Assembly: GCA_950097015.1 (NCBI GenBank)
Contig: CATNEN010000034.1
Span: 5,146,001-5,210,000, forward strand
Source of the DNA: Macrostomum hystrix
Taxonomy: Eukaryota; Animalia; Platyhelminthes
Length of the DNA: 64,000 bases
Direction: 5' to 3'
In this document: one piece after another, positions 35,975 to 49,436 of the stretch
Layout of the letters: every line of letters starts with the position of its first letter
How positions within the stretch are numbered: position 1 is the stretch's first letter
The notes under the pieces: generated by a model
Told to the model about the DNA's origin: nothing
Databases searched by the model: none
The model's input: the letters and a program-made list of their open reading frames with translations, nothing else
Program-made: the position numbers and the translations under genes

Positions 35975-37670
35975 TTAGACAGATACCAGAAATCCATTGG
36001 GAAGATTCCAGAAATCGATTGGGACGATTCCAGAAATCGATTAAGAAGATTCCAGAAATCGATTGGGAAGATTCCAGAAATCGATTGGGAAGATTCCAGA
36101 AATCGATTGGGACGATTCCAGAAATCGATTAAGAAGATTCCAGAAATCGATTGGGAAGATTCCAGAAATCGATTGGGACGATTCCAGAAATCGATTAAGA
36201 AGATTCCAGACATCGATTGGGAAGATTCCAGAAATCGATTGGGAAGATTCCAGAAATCGATTGGGACGATTCCAGAAATCGATTAAGAAGATTCCAGAAA
36301 TCGATTGGGAAGATTCCAGAAATCGATTGGGAAGATTTCAGAAATAAATAGGAAAGATACTAGAAATCGATTGGGAAGATTCCAGAAATCGATTGGGACG
36401 ATTCCAGAAATCGATTAAGAAGATTCCAGAAATCGATTGGGAAGATTCCAGAAATCGATTGGGAAGATTTCAGAGATAAATAGGAAAGATACTAGAAATC
36501 GATTGGGAAGATTCCAGAAATCAATTGGGAAGATTCCAGAAATTTATTAGGAAGATTACAGAAATAAATTGAGAAGATTCCAGAAATCAGTTAAGAAGAT
36601 TCCAGAAATCAGTTGAGAAGATTCCAGAAATCGATTGGGAAGATTCCAGAAATCAGTTGAGAAGATTCCAGAAATCAGTTGAGAAGATTCCAGAAATCAG
36701 TTCAGAAGATTCCAGAAATTGATTAGGAAGATTCCAGAAATCAGTTGAGAAGATTCCAGAAATCAGTTGAGAAGATTCCAGAAATTGATTGAGAAGATTC
36801 CAGAAATCAATTGGGAAGATTCCAGAAATAGATTGGGAAGATACTAGAAATCGATTGGGAAGATTCCAGAAATCAGTTGAGAAGATTCCAGAAATCAATT
36901 GAGAAGATTCCAGAAATTGATTGGGAAGATTCCAGAAATCAATTGGGAAGATTCCAGAAATCAGTTGAGAAGATTCCAGAAATTGATTGAGAAGATTCCA
37001 GAAATCAATTGGGAAGATTCCAGAAATAGATTGGGAAGATACTAGAAATCGATTGGGAAGATTCCAGAAATCAGTTGAGAAGATTCCAGAAATCAATTGA
37101 GAAGATTCCAGAAATTGATTGGGAAGATTCCAGAAATCAATTGGGAAGATTCCAGAAATCAATTGAGAAGATTCCAGAAATCAGTTGAGAAGATTCCAGA
37201 AATTGATTAGGAAGATTCCAGAAATCGATTGGGAAGATTCCAGAAACCAGTTGAGAAGATTTCAGAAATCAATTGAGAAGATTCCAGAAATTGATTGGGA
37301 AGATTCCAGAAATCAATTGAGAAGATTCCAGAGATTGATTAGGAAGATTCCAGAAATCGATTGGGAAGATTCCAGAAATCAGTTGAGAAGATTTCAGAAA
37401 TCAATTGAGAAGATTCCAGAAATTGATTGGGAAGATTCCAGAAATCAATTGAGAAGATTCCAGAAATCGATTGGGAAGATTCCAGAAATCAATTGAGAAT
37501 ATTCCAGAAATCAATTGAGAAGATTCCAGAAATTGATTGAGAAGATTCCAGAAATCAGTTGAGAAGATTCCAGAAATTGATTAGGAAGATTCCAGAAATT
37601 GATTAGGAAGATTCCAGAAATCAGTTGAGAAGATTCCAGAAAAAAAGTTGAGAAGATTCCAGAAATTGAT
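35975..37670. repeat. 22-bp tandem repeat GATTCCAGAAATCGATTGGGAA
   Basis: Direct reading. Confidence 0.96.
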
Positions 37671-37974
37671 TGGGATTATTCACAACACAATATTAGCTCA
37701 TTGTTATTAGAATAAATTATTTTTTCGTAAAGTTATAAGCACTCTGAACAGTTGAACAATATTAAGCCGTCAATATTAGAATTATGGAATTGTAAAGTTT
37801 ATTTTGAGTAGTATTCGAAGACGGTTTGAACAAGTATCTACGATTTTCCCTTGCCGAAGAATGCAGCGTGAACTACTAACAGTAGCTGACAAGCATATAA
37901 GCCAAGTTGTTTTTGTGTCATGGGCTAAAATCTGAGCAGGTGAAAAAGAAATCCCTGAAGTAGGCAGATGAGGC

Positions 37975-38905
37975 AATGGGGTAGACAATGGAGGCAATAG
38001 AGTAGACAGAGGAGGGGATGGAGTAGACAGAGGAGGGAACAGAGTAGACAGAGGAGGGAATTGAGTAGACAGAGGAGGGAATGGAGTAGACAGAGGAGAG
38101 AATGGAGTAGACAGAGGAGAGAATGGAGTAGACAGAGGAGGGAATGGAGTAGACAGAGGAGGGAATGGAGTAGACAGAGGAGAGAATGGAGTAGACAGAG
38201 GAGAGAATGGAGTAGACAGAGGAGAGAATGGAGTAGACAGAGGAGGGAATGGAGTAGACAGAGGAGGGAATGGAGTAGACAGAGGAGAGAATGGAGTAGA
38301 CAGAGGAGGGAATGGAGTAGACAGAGGAGAGAATGGAGTAGACAGAGGAGGGAATGGAGTAGACAGAGGAGGGAACAGAGTAGACAGAGGAGGGGATGGA
38401 GTAGACAGAGAAGAGGATGGAGTAGACAGAGGAGGGAATGGAGTAGACAGAGGAGAGAATGGAGTAGACAGAGGAGGGAATGGAGTAGACAGAGGAGGGA
38501 ACAGAGTATGGAAACAGGGAACAGAGGAGAGGATGGAGTAGACAGAGGAGGGGATGGAGTAGACAGAGGAGGGGATGGAGTAGACAGAGGAGGGAATGGA
38601 GTAGACAGAGGAGGGGATGGAGTAGACAGAGGAGGGAATGGAGTAGACAGAGGAGAGGATGGAGTAGACAGAGGAGGGGATGGAGTAGACAGAGGAGATG
38701 ATGGAGTAGACAGAGGAGGGAATGGAGTAGACAGAGGAGAGAATGGAGTAGACAGAGGAGAGAATGGAGTAGACAGAGGAGAGAATGGAGTAGACAGAGG
38801 AGAGAATGGAGTAGACAGAGGAGAGAATGGAGTAGACAGAGGAGAGAATGGAGTAGACAGAGGAGGTAATGGAGGATACTAAGGAGTGATTGGAGTAGAC
38901 AGAGA
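37975..38905. repeat. 21-bp purine-rich tandem repeat GGAGTAGACAGAGGAGGGAAT
   Basis: Direct reading; 7-aa period in ORFs. Confidence 0.96.
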
Positions 38906-39714
38906 AGATAGTGGAGTAGACTATAGTTGGGATAAATAAGAAATTTCCCATACAGGAAGCCTTGCAGGGGAGTCTTATGGGATCTGATGGGCCAAATGCT
39001 TTGGACAATCATTCAAGCTTAGTCACTTGGAGTCACTTGGAGTAGGAGTAAGGCAAAAGTTATATCGCGGGAAACATATTCTTCATTTTTTCAGATAAGA
39101 AAATCAAGGCTTCAGAGCCCCATCTAGTAACAATCAAGTCGTGGAATCTGGCAGCAAATCTCCCAGCCAGCCATCACTCCCTATTGCATTGATCGGTAGC
39201 TTCATAACCCATAGGACTGATCAATCACGGTGGCATCATGCTTCATAATTGTCAGTGCATTGACCTACTAGCCATGTGCAAAGAGGATTAAGCCAAGAAA
39301 TCTAAGGCCTTCTAATAATCCAGACTGCATGAGCTGTCTTGTGCGGGACTCAAAGTTGAGCAGTTAGTCTCATGCAGATTAATAAAATCTCGATTGTCTT
39401 ATCTCGATTGCAGAGTCTTGAACTGGGCATATTTTATTTGAATTCTGTGTGCATTTATCGTATTTGAACTAACTGCCAATCAACCAGCAAACAATCCATC
39501 AATTGTGCCTTAGGATTAAAATTAGTGCCAATGAGGAAGACGTTAAAAGATAAAATAATATCGATTCAAATATTCTTAACAATAATTTGTTTAAGTTCGC
39601 ATAGACAATTTACGAATCATTTTGGACTGTTTCGGCTATTCAAACAAATAAGATGAATTAAAAAGAAACTTATGAATTTGTTCTGGTAAAAATATCTCCC
39701 TAAAATCCTCGCCT

Positions 39715-42700
39715 AAAAATCCTCTCACCGAAATCCTCTCACCGAAATCCTCTCACCGAAATCCTCTCCTCAAAATCCTCTCACTGAAATCCTCTCACCG
39801 AAATCCTCTCAACGAAATCCTCTCACCGAAATCCTCTCACCGAAATCCTCTCACCGAAATCCTCTCACCGAAATCCTCTCACCGAAATCCTCTCACCGAA
39901 ATCCTCTCACTGAAATCCTCTCACCGAAATCCTCTTAACGAAATCCTCTCATTGAAATCCTCTCCTCAAAATCCTCTCACCGAAATCCTCTCACCGAAAT
40001 CCTCTCCTCAAAATCCTCTCACTGAAATCCTCTCATTGAAATCCTCTCACTAAAATCCTCTCATTGAAATCCTCTCCTCAAAATCCTCTCACCGAAATCC
40101 TCTCACCGAAATCCTCTCCTCAAAATCCTCTCACCGAAATCCTCTCCTCAAAATCCTCTCACCGAAATCCTCTCACTGAAATCCTCTCCTCAAAATCCTC
40201 TCACCGAAATCCTCTCCTCAAAATCCTCTCACTGAAATCCTCTCACCGAAATCCTCTCCTCAAAATCCTCTCACCGAAATCCTCTCACCGAAATCCTCTC
40301 ACCGAAATCCTCTCACTGAAATCCTCTCACCGAAATCCTCTCACCGAAATCCTCTCCTCAAAATCCTCTCAACGAAATCCTCTCACCGAAATCCTCTCAC
40401 TGAAATCCTCTCATTGAAATCCTCTCACTAAAATCCTCTCATTGAAATCCTCTCCTCAAAATCCTCTCACCGAAATCCTCTCACCGAAATCCTCTCCTCA
40501 AAATCCTCTCACTGAAATCCTCTCATTGAAATCCTCTCACTGAAATCCTCTCCTCAAAATCCTCTCACCGAAATCCTCTCATTGAAATCCTCTCATTGAA
40601 ATCCTCTCCTCAAAATCCTCTCACCGAAATCCTCTCACTGAAATCCTCTCACCGAAATCCTCTCACTGAAATCCTCTCACTGAAATCCTCTCACTGAAAT
40701 CCTCTCATTGAAATCCTCTCATTGAAATCCTCTCACTAAAATCCTCTCACCGAAATCCTCTCACTGAAATCCTCTCATTGAAATCCTCTCCTCAAAATCC
40801 TCTCACCGAAATCCTCTCACCGAAATCCTCTCCTCAAAATCCTCTCACTGAAATCCTCTCATTGAAATCCTCTCACTGAAATCTTCTCATTGAAATCCTC
40901 TCCTCAAAATCCTCTCACCGAAATCCTCTCACTGAAATCCTCTCACCGAAATCCTCTCACTGAAATCCTCTCCTCAAAATCCTCTCACCAAAATCCTCTC
41001 ACCGAAATCCCCTCAACGAAATCCTCTCACCGAAATCCTCTTCTCAAAATCCACTCACTGAAATCCTCTCACCGAAATCCTCTCACCGAAATCCTCTCAA
41101 CGAAATCCTCTCACTGAAATCCTCTCACGAAATCCTCTCAACGAAATCCTCTCACCGAAATCCTCTCATTGAAATCCTCTCACTGAAATCCTCTCACCGA
41201 AATCCTCTCAACGAAATCCTCTCACCGAAATCCTCTCATTGAAATCCTCTCACTGAAATCCTCTCACCGAAATCCTCTCCTCAAAATCCTCTCACCGAAA
41301 TCCTATCACCGAAATCCTCTCCTCAAAATCCTCTCACTGAAATCCTCTCATTGAAATCCTCTCACTGAAATCCTCTCACCGAAATCCTCTCCTCAAAATC
41401 CTCTCATCGAAATCCTATCACCGAAATCCTCTCCTCAAAATCCTCTCCTCAAAATCCTCTCACTGAAATCCTCTCCTCAAAATCCTCTCACCGAAATCCT
41501 CTCCTCAAAATCCTCTCACCGAAATCCTCTCCTCAAAATCCTCTCACCGAAATCCTCTCACTGAAATCCTCTCCTCAAAATCCTCTCACCGAAATCCTCT
41601 CCTCAAAATCCTCTCACCGAAATCCTCTCCTCAAAATCCTCTCACCGAAATCCTCTCACTGAAATTCTCTCCTCAAAATCCTCTCACCGAAATCCTCTCC
41701 TCAAAATCCTCTCACCGAAATCCTCTCCTCAAAATCCTCTCACCGAAATCCTCTCACCGAAATCCTCTCACCGAAATCCTCTCACTGAAATCCTCTCACC
41801 GAAATCCTCTCACCGAAATCCTCTCCTCAAAATCCTCTCAACGAAATCCTCTCACCGAAATCCTCTCACTGAAATCCTCTCATTGAAATCCTCTCACTAA
41901 AATCCTCTCATTGAAATCCTCTCCTCAAAATCCTCTCACCGAAATCCTCTCACCGAAATCCTCTCCTCAAAATCCTCTCACTGAAATCCTCTCATTGAAA
42001 TCCTCTCACTGAAATCCTCTCCTCAAAATCCTCTCACCGAAATCCTCTCATTGAAATCCTCTCATTGAAATCCTCTCCTCAAAATCCTCTCACCGAAATC
42101 CTCTCACTGAAATCCTCTCACCGAAATCCTCTCACTGAAATCCTCTCACTGAAATCCTCTCACTGAAATCCTCTCATTGAAATCCTCTCATTGAAATCCT
42201 CTCACTAAAATCCTCTCACCGAAATCCTCTCACTGAAATCCTCTCATTGAAATCCTCTCCTCAAAATCCTCTCACCGAAATCCTCTCACCGAAATCCTCT
42301 CCTCAAAATCCTCTCACTGAAATCCTCTCATTGAAATCCTCTCACTGAAATCTTCTCATTGAAATCCTCTCCTCAAAATCCTCTCACCGAAATCCTCTCA
42401 CTGAAATCCTCTCACCGAAATCCTCTCACTGAAATCCTCTCCTCAAAATCCTCTCACCAAAATCCTCTCACCGAAATCCCCTCAACGAAATCCTCTCACC
42501 GAAATCCTCTTCTCAAAATCCACTCACTGAAATCCTCTCACCGAAATCCTCTCACCGAAATCCTCTCAACGAAATCCTCTCACTGAAATCCTCTCACGAA
42601 ATCCTCTCAACGAAATCCTCTCACCGAAATCCTCTCATTGAAATCCTCTCACTGAAATCCTCTCACCGAAATCCTCTCAACGAAATCCTCTCACCGAAAT

Positions 42701-45700
42701 CCTCTCATTGAAATCCTCTCACTGAAATCCTCTCACCGAAATCCTCTCCTCAAAATCCTCTCACCGAAATCCTATCACCGAAATCCTCTCCTCAAAATCC
42801 TCTCACTGAAATCCTCTCATTGAAATCCTCTCACTGAAATCCTCTCACCGAAATCCTCTCCTCAAAATCCTCTCATCGAAATCCTATCACCAAAATCCTC
42901 TCCTCAAAATCCTCTCCTCAAAATCCTCTCACTGAAATCCTCTCCTCAAAATCCTCTCACCGAAATCCTCTCCTCAAAATCCTCTCACCGAAATCCTCTC
43001 CTCAAAATCCTCTCACCGAAATCCTCTCACTGAAATCCTCTCCTCAAAATCCTCTCACCGAAATCCTCTCCTCAAAATCCTCTCACCGAAATCCTCTCCT
43101 CAAAATCCTCTCACCGAAATCCTCTCACTGAAATCCTCTCACCGAAATCCTCTCGCCGAAATCCTCTCCTCAAAATCCTCTCACCGAAATCCTCTCACCG
43201 AAATCCTCTCCTCAAAATCCTCTCACCGAAATCCTCTCGCCGAAATCCTCTCCTCAAAATCCTCTCACCGAAATCCTCTCCTCAAAATCCTCTCACCGAA
43301 ATCCTCTCACTGAAATCCTCTCCTCAAAATCCTCTCACCGAAATCCTCTCACCGAAATCCTCTCACCGAAATCCTCTCCTCAAAATCCTCTCACCGAAAT
43401 CCTCTCCTCAAAATCCTCTCACCGAAATCCTCTCCTCAAAATCCTCTCACCGAAATCCTCTCGCCGAAATCCTCTCCTCAAAATCCTCTCACTGAAATCC
43501 TCTCACCGAAATCCTCTCCTCAAAATCCTCTCACCGAAATCCTCTCCTCAAAATCCTCTCACCGAAATCCTCTCCTCAAAATCCTCTCACCGAAATCCTC
43601 TCACCGAAATCCTCTCACTGAAATCCTCTCACCGAAATCCTCTTAACGAAATCCTCTCATTGAAATCCTCTCCTCAAAATCCTCTCACCGAAATCCTCTC
43701 ACCGAAATCCTCTCCTCAAAATCCTCTCACTGAAATCCTCTCATTGAAATCCTCTCACTAAAATCCTCTCATTGAAATCCTCTCCTCAAAATCCTCTCAC
43801 CGAAATCCTCTCACCGAAATCCTCTCCTCAAAATCCTCTCACCGAAATCCTCTCCTCAAAATCCTCTCACCGAAATCCTCTCACTGAAATCCTCTCCTCA
43901 AAATCCTCTCACCGAAATCCTCTCCTCAAAATCCTCTCACTGAAATCCTCTCACCGAAATCCTCTCCTCAAAATCCTCTCACCGAAATCCTCTCACCGAA
44001 ATCCTCTCACCGAAATCCTCTCACTGAAATCCTCTCACCGAAATCCTCTCACCGAAATCCTCTCCTCAAAATCCTCTCAACGAAATCCTCTCACCGAAAT
44101 CCTCTCACTGAAATCCTCTCATTGAAATCCTCTCACTAAAATCCTCTCATTGAAATCCTCTCCTCAAAATCCTCTCACCGAAATCCTCTCATTGAAATCC
44201 TCTCACTGAAATCCTCTCACCGAAATCCTCTCATTGAAATCCTCTCACTGAAATCCTCTCCTCAAAATCCTCTCACCGAAATCCTCTCATTGAAATCCTC
44301 TCATTGAAATCCTCTCCTCAAAATCCTCTCACCGAAATCCTCTCACTGAAATCCTCTCACCGAAATCCTCTCACTGAAATCCTCTCACTGAAATCCTCTC
44401 ACTGAAATCCTCTCACCGAAATCCTCTCATTGAAATCCTCTCACTAAAATCCTCTCACCGAAATCCTCTCACTGAAATCCTCTCATTGAAATCCTCTCCT
44501 CAAAATCCTCTCACCGAAATCCTCTCACCGAAATCCTCTCCTCAAAATCCTCTCACTGAAATCCTCTCATTGAAATCCTCTCACTGAAATCCTCTCATTG
44601 AAATCCTCTCCTCAAAATCCTCTCACCGAAATCCTCTCACCGAAATCCTCTCCTCAAAATCCTCTCACCGAAATCCTCTCGCCGAAATCCTCTCCTCAAA
44701 ATCCTCTCACCGAAATCCTCTCCTCAAAATCCTCTCACCGAAATCCTCTCACTGAAATCCTCTCCTCAAAATCCTCTCACCGAAATCCTCTCACCGAAAT
44801 CCTCTCACCGAAATCCTCTCCTCAAAATCCTCTCACCGAAATCCTCTCCTCAAAATCCTCTCACCGAAATCCTCTCCTCAAAATCCTCTCACCGAAATCC
44901 TCTCGCCGAAATCCTCTCCTCAAAATCCTCTCACCGAAATCCTCTCACCGAAATCCTCTCCTCAAAATCCTCTCACCGAAATCCTCTCCTCAAAATCCTC
45001 TCACCGAAATCCTCTCCTCAAAATCCTCTCACCGAAATCCTCTCCTCAAAATCCTCTCACCGAAATCCTCTCGCCGAAATCCTCTCCTCAAAATCCTCTC
45101 ACCGAAATCCTCTCACCGAAATCCTCTCCTCAAAATCCTCTCACCGAAATCCTCTCGCCGAAATCCTCTCCTCAAAATCCTCTCACCGAAATCCTCTCGC
45201 CGAAATCCTCTCCTCAAAATCCTCTCACCGAAATCCTCTCACCGAAATCCTCTCCTCAAAATCCTCTCACTGAAATCCTCTCACGAAATCCTCTCACTGA
45301 AATCCTCTCACCGAAATCCTCTCACCGAAATCTTCTTCTCAAAATCCTCTCACTGAAATCCTCGCACTGAAATCCTCTCACTGAAATCCTCTCACCGAAC
45401 TCCTCTCCTCAAAATCCTCTCACTGAAATCCTCTCATTGAAATCCTCTCACCGAAATCCTCTCCTCAAAATCCTCTCACTGAAATCCTCTCACTGAAATC
45501 CTCTCACTGAAATCCTCTCACTGAAATCCTCTCACCGAACTCCTCTCCTCAAAATCCTCTCACTGAAATCCTCTCATTGAAATCCTCTCACCGAAATCCT
45601 CTCACCGAAATCTTCTTCTCAAAATCCTCTCACTGAAATCCTCGCACTGAAATCCTCTCACCGAAATCCTCTCACCGAAATCCTCTCACCGAAATCTTCT

Positions 45701-45715
45701 TCTCAAAATCCTCAC
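39715..45715. repeat. 6-kb satellite, 14-bp unit AAATCCTCTCACCG (variants ...ACTG, ...ATTG, ...CTCA), with a 1469-bp internal duplication
   Basis: Direct reading; rare variant CCACTCACTG at 41051 and 42520. Confidence 0.97.
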
Positions 45716-46482
45716 CTTGAAGCCCTTATCTTAAAGTACTCTTCTCGAAATCCTCAGAAAATTCTGTCCCTAAAATCCCTCATAATCCTCAAATCCAAAA
45801 TCTTCATGATTTGAATCAAAAGTTTCTTAAATTTTATTATCAAAACTTTTTTCTGTTTATCATCGAAAGATCTTGAAATGAGGTTTACAAAAATAGATTC
45901 AACCTCATTTGAATTAAAACTAATGACCAATATGCCGTTTTAACCATATCTAGTACCGTGTATTAGGCACTCGATAAACCCATCCTAAACATGCATTATA
46001 CTGCATTTGCATTCCAATTACAACCCAAATCTTCAATGCTAAAAGAAAATTAAAAAAAAACTGTTTAAAATGAAAGACGAACAAGTTGCTTGTTAATAAC
46101 AGCGGCATTTTTGATTTGCAACAGCTTCCTGGAAAGAATGATTTGAAAGAGAGAGAGAGAGAGAGTTTCAGCGGCACTCTTGCGTGACCAATGAGAACCG
46201 ATGGCTGCACAGCTCTTCATCCTGCCAGTGAGATAAGCATCAAGCGGGCGCTGTCTGTCCGCTCATTGGCTGAGGCCGGTGGCCCGGGGGTGGGTGCTTA
46301 GTCCATTTGACCGCAAGGCGAAACCAACCCCGCCTCAATTTCCGCTCAATTTCTGTTTCAGTTGACAAAAAAAATACTATAAAATCTCGACTGAATTGAA
46401 TTCGAATAAGCAGTTCAATTTGATTCACTTAGTCAATTGATATTACCTGCTAATTATTCTCTAACAAGGAGCTTCGTTGCCA

Positions 46483-46612
46483 ATGGCCGCTTACAAGCAT
46501 CAGCAACAGCACCGAGACGATTTCCTGTCCGTTCATCATCGACAGGACTCGGAGGCGGAACACGAAGACGACGGCGCGGAGCCATCATCCAGTCTGAGCG
46601 ACGTTGGTCAAG
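46483..46612 (+). CDS. evx: Evx (even-skipped) coding exon 1: MAAYKHQQQHRDDFLSVHHRQDSEAEHEDDGAEPSSSLSDVGQ
   Basis: ATG 46483; donor G|GTAGGC 46612/46613 phase 1, compatible with the 49008 acceptor. Assignment as the first coding exon is inferred. Confidence 0.7.
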
Positions 46613-46643
46613 GTAGGCACCCATGCCGACGCTTGGTTCGGCA

Positions 46644-47122
46644 GGAGGTCAATGTCCACCCTAATTGACAAGAGACAGGGAGGTCAATGTCCACCCAAAT
46701 TGACAAGAGACATGGAGGTCAATGTCCACCCTAATTGAAAAGAGACATGGAGGTCAATGTCCACCCTAATTGACAAGAGACACGGAGGTCAATGTCCACC
46801 CTAATTGACAAGAGACACGGAGGTCAATGTCCACCCTAATTGACAAGAGACACGGAGGTCAATGTCCCACCCAAGTTGACAAGAGACAGGGAGGTCAATG
46901 TCCACCCAAATTGGCAAGAGACACGGAGGTCAATGTCCACCCTAATTGACAAGAGACACGGAGGTCAATGTCCCACCCAAATTGACAAGAGACACGGAGG
47001 TCAATGTCCCACCCAAATTGACAAGAGACAGGGAGGTCATTGTCCACCCTAATTGACAAGAGACACGGAGGTCATTGTCCACCCAAATTGACAAGAGACA
47101 GGGAGGTCAATGTCCACCCTAA
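46644..47122. repeat. 35-bp tandem repeat x14 at the 5' end of Evx intron 1 (GGAGGTCAATGTCCACCCTAATTGACAAGAGACAC)
   Basis: GGAGGTCA at 46644, 46679 etc. Confidence 0.95.
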
Positions 47123-48529
47123 TAGACTATACGCACAGGGACGTCAATTCTGGTCTGATAAAAAGACAATATGGCCGTAAATGTAATTTTTCGACTTGTC
47201 TCGTTGACAATATTAATTATTAATAACCTGTTTGCTAATTGACCCCATACGCGAAGATTATTCAGATATGATATTGAAATATTCTACCCCGATATATGAC
47301 GACAAAATCTGGTATCTCAATCACTCACAACAAAGACGCACACAGATTCTTAGCACAAATTAGCAGTGGAAGACACGAATTAAACAAACTCGCTGGTCAC
47401 TTGGAGCAACTGCTTTATAAAAATCATTTTATTGATTCTTCTTATGGGGCATATATTTATACATATATACAAGTGAATCTCGATATAGTAAACATCCGAC
47501 CTGCCCCATCTGTCAAGGTTGAGCTATACATGCCCTGCTCATATGGTATTATAGTTCAGTTTTTATTACACTGAATTCTCATGCTTATTGTGCCAATATG
47601 TGTGTGTTTACACCAGACAAGACATGAGTGTCCGCCAATAAAACCTTTTGATTTTAAGTTAGTTCTAGTTATATATTTCTGGGATTCCTATTGCAGGAAA
47701 TATGGGATAGCTTACCATTTTCCCCTTTTTAGACAACATCGCATGCTTGCATAGGTGAGAACATGTAGCGGTTCTATAGTTGCAAAATTTCTCCCAAATC
47801 GGAGGGTGTTGCACAATAGGATGCGTCCTACAAACGGAAATGATAAATTTGTCTCGCATAATACATGGCTGGATGCCGGAAGCGGTCAGGAAGCCTTTTC
47901 TCACAAACACATTCACGCAACACTTTACTGCTCTTTAACTGATTCACCGTCTCAGACTGAGTTTAAAGTGGTTTGTCTTGGGATAAACAATTTTTTAGCC
48001 CTTCGGGGGGGGGGTTGGTAAAATTTGCCCCCGCATCTGATAAATGGACTCACAACTCAGGGGATGACATAATGCTATAGTTTTGACACGCAATTAAGTA
48101 ATGTTTTAATGCACAATACCCGGCCCCCTCGACCCCCAGGCCATATCTCACCAAATCAGTGCCAAACACCTTCCGTTTTGTTTTGAGTCCCACTTGTTTT
48201 ATTTCGTGCTCATATTGTGCTCAGGGGATATAGCGCAATCTCTGTATTGTGCAGATAGGAATGCTAGATAGACATCGGCTAGCAAGAGAGACTTGTTGAC
48301 CAATCGAAAGACTCCGATTATCAGGGGAATCTGCTAATTGCTAATTGTGTAATTCATCTTAAAATATCTTGTATGATTCTGTCAGCGCAATATTGATAGA
48401 TAAACATATGCTAACAGTGCAACTGCAAATTCATCTTTGTATATAATATTCGATGCAATCGACAAATTTAAAAGAATGAAATGCGCCATTTTCAAACCTA
48501 ATTCACCATTTCAAACTAAATACTTCTTC

Positions 48530-48908
48530 AACTATCCAGTCCGCCATTTCACTAACCCATTCCGCTATTTCCCAAACCCAGTCCGCCATTTCCCAAACCC
48601 AATCCGCCATTTCCCAAACCCAGTCCGCCATTTCACTAACCCATTCCGCCATTTCCCAAACCCAGTCCGCCATTTCCCAAACCCAATCCGCCATTTCCCA
48701 AACCCAGTCCGCCATTTCACTAACCCATTCCGCCATTTCCCAAACCCAGTAAGCCATTTCCCCAACCCAGTACGCCATTTCCCCAACCCAGTACGCCATT
48801 TTCCAAACCCAGTAAGCCGTTTCCCAAACCCAGTACGCCATTTCCCAAACCCGGTACGCCATTTCCCAAACCCGGTACGCCATTTCCCAAACCCGGTACG
48901 CCATTTCC
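48530..48908. repeat. 21-bp tandem repeat x18 at the 3' end of Evx intron 1 (CCGCCATTTCCCAAACCCAGT)
   Basis: Direct reading. Confidence 0.95.
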
Positions 48909-49007
48909 GAATCAGTCAGATTTGAGAACCAGTTTAGTTGGGATAGCAGTTTAACCCAGCTATGCTGAATTTCTAAAACTAATTCTCCAAACTCTCTGCC
49001 ACACCAG

Positions 49008-49325
49008 ATCGCGCAAGCGACTGTTCCTCCCCATGCAACGACTACGGTGACGACCTGACAATGGGAGGCGGCGCCGGTCAGCACGCCTCAGCCGGTTCAG
49101 CTGAAGATCCGAACCAGAAGCGCTATCGCACCGCCTTCAGCCGGGAGCAGCTAGACCGCCTCGAGAAGGAATACCGCCGAGAGTCATACGTGTCGAGGCC
49201 GAGGCGCTGCGAACTCGCCAGCCAGCTGGGCCTACCGGAGGGCACCATCAAGGTGTGGTTTCAGAATCGCCGGATGAAAGACAAACGACAAAGGATTGCT
49301 CAGAGCTGGCCTTATAATCTAGCAG
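49008..49325 (+). CDS. evx: Evx exon 2 containing the complete homeodomain
   Basis: [59 protein letters not shown] is the Eve/Evx signature, followed by SWP. Acceptor CACCAG| 49007/49008; donor G|GTAGGC 49325/49326. Confidence 0.96.
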
Positions 49326-49436
49326 GTAGGCTTTGCTTCGCTAACTGTTGAAGCTGCTGAATTCACATTTACTGATTCTTAGCTAATATGAAAAAGAGTA
49401 AGCTGACTGAATAACGAAATCTTCAACAACCCGCAG

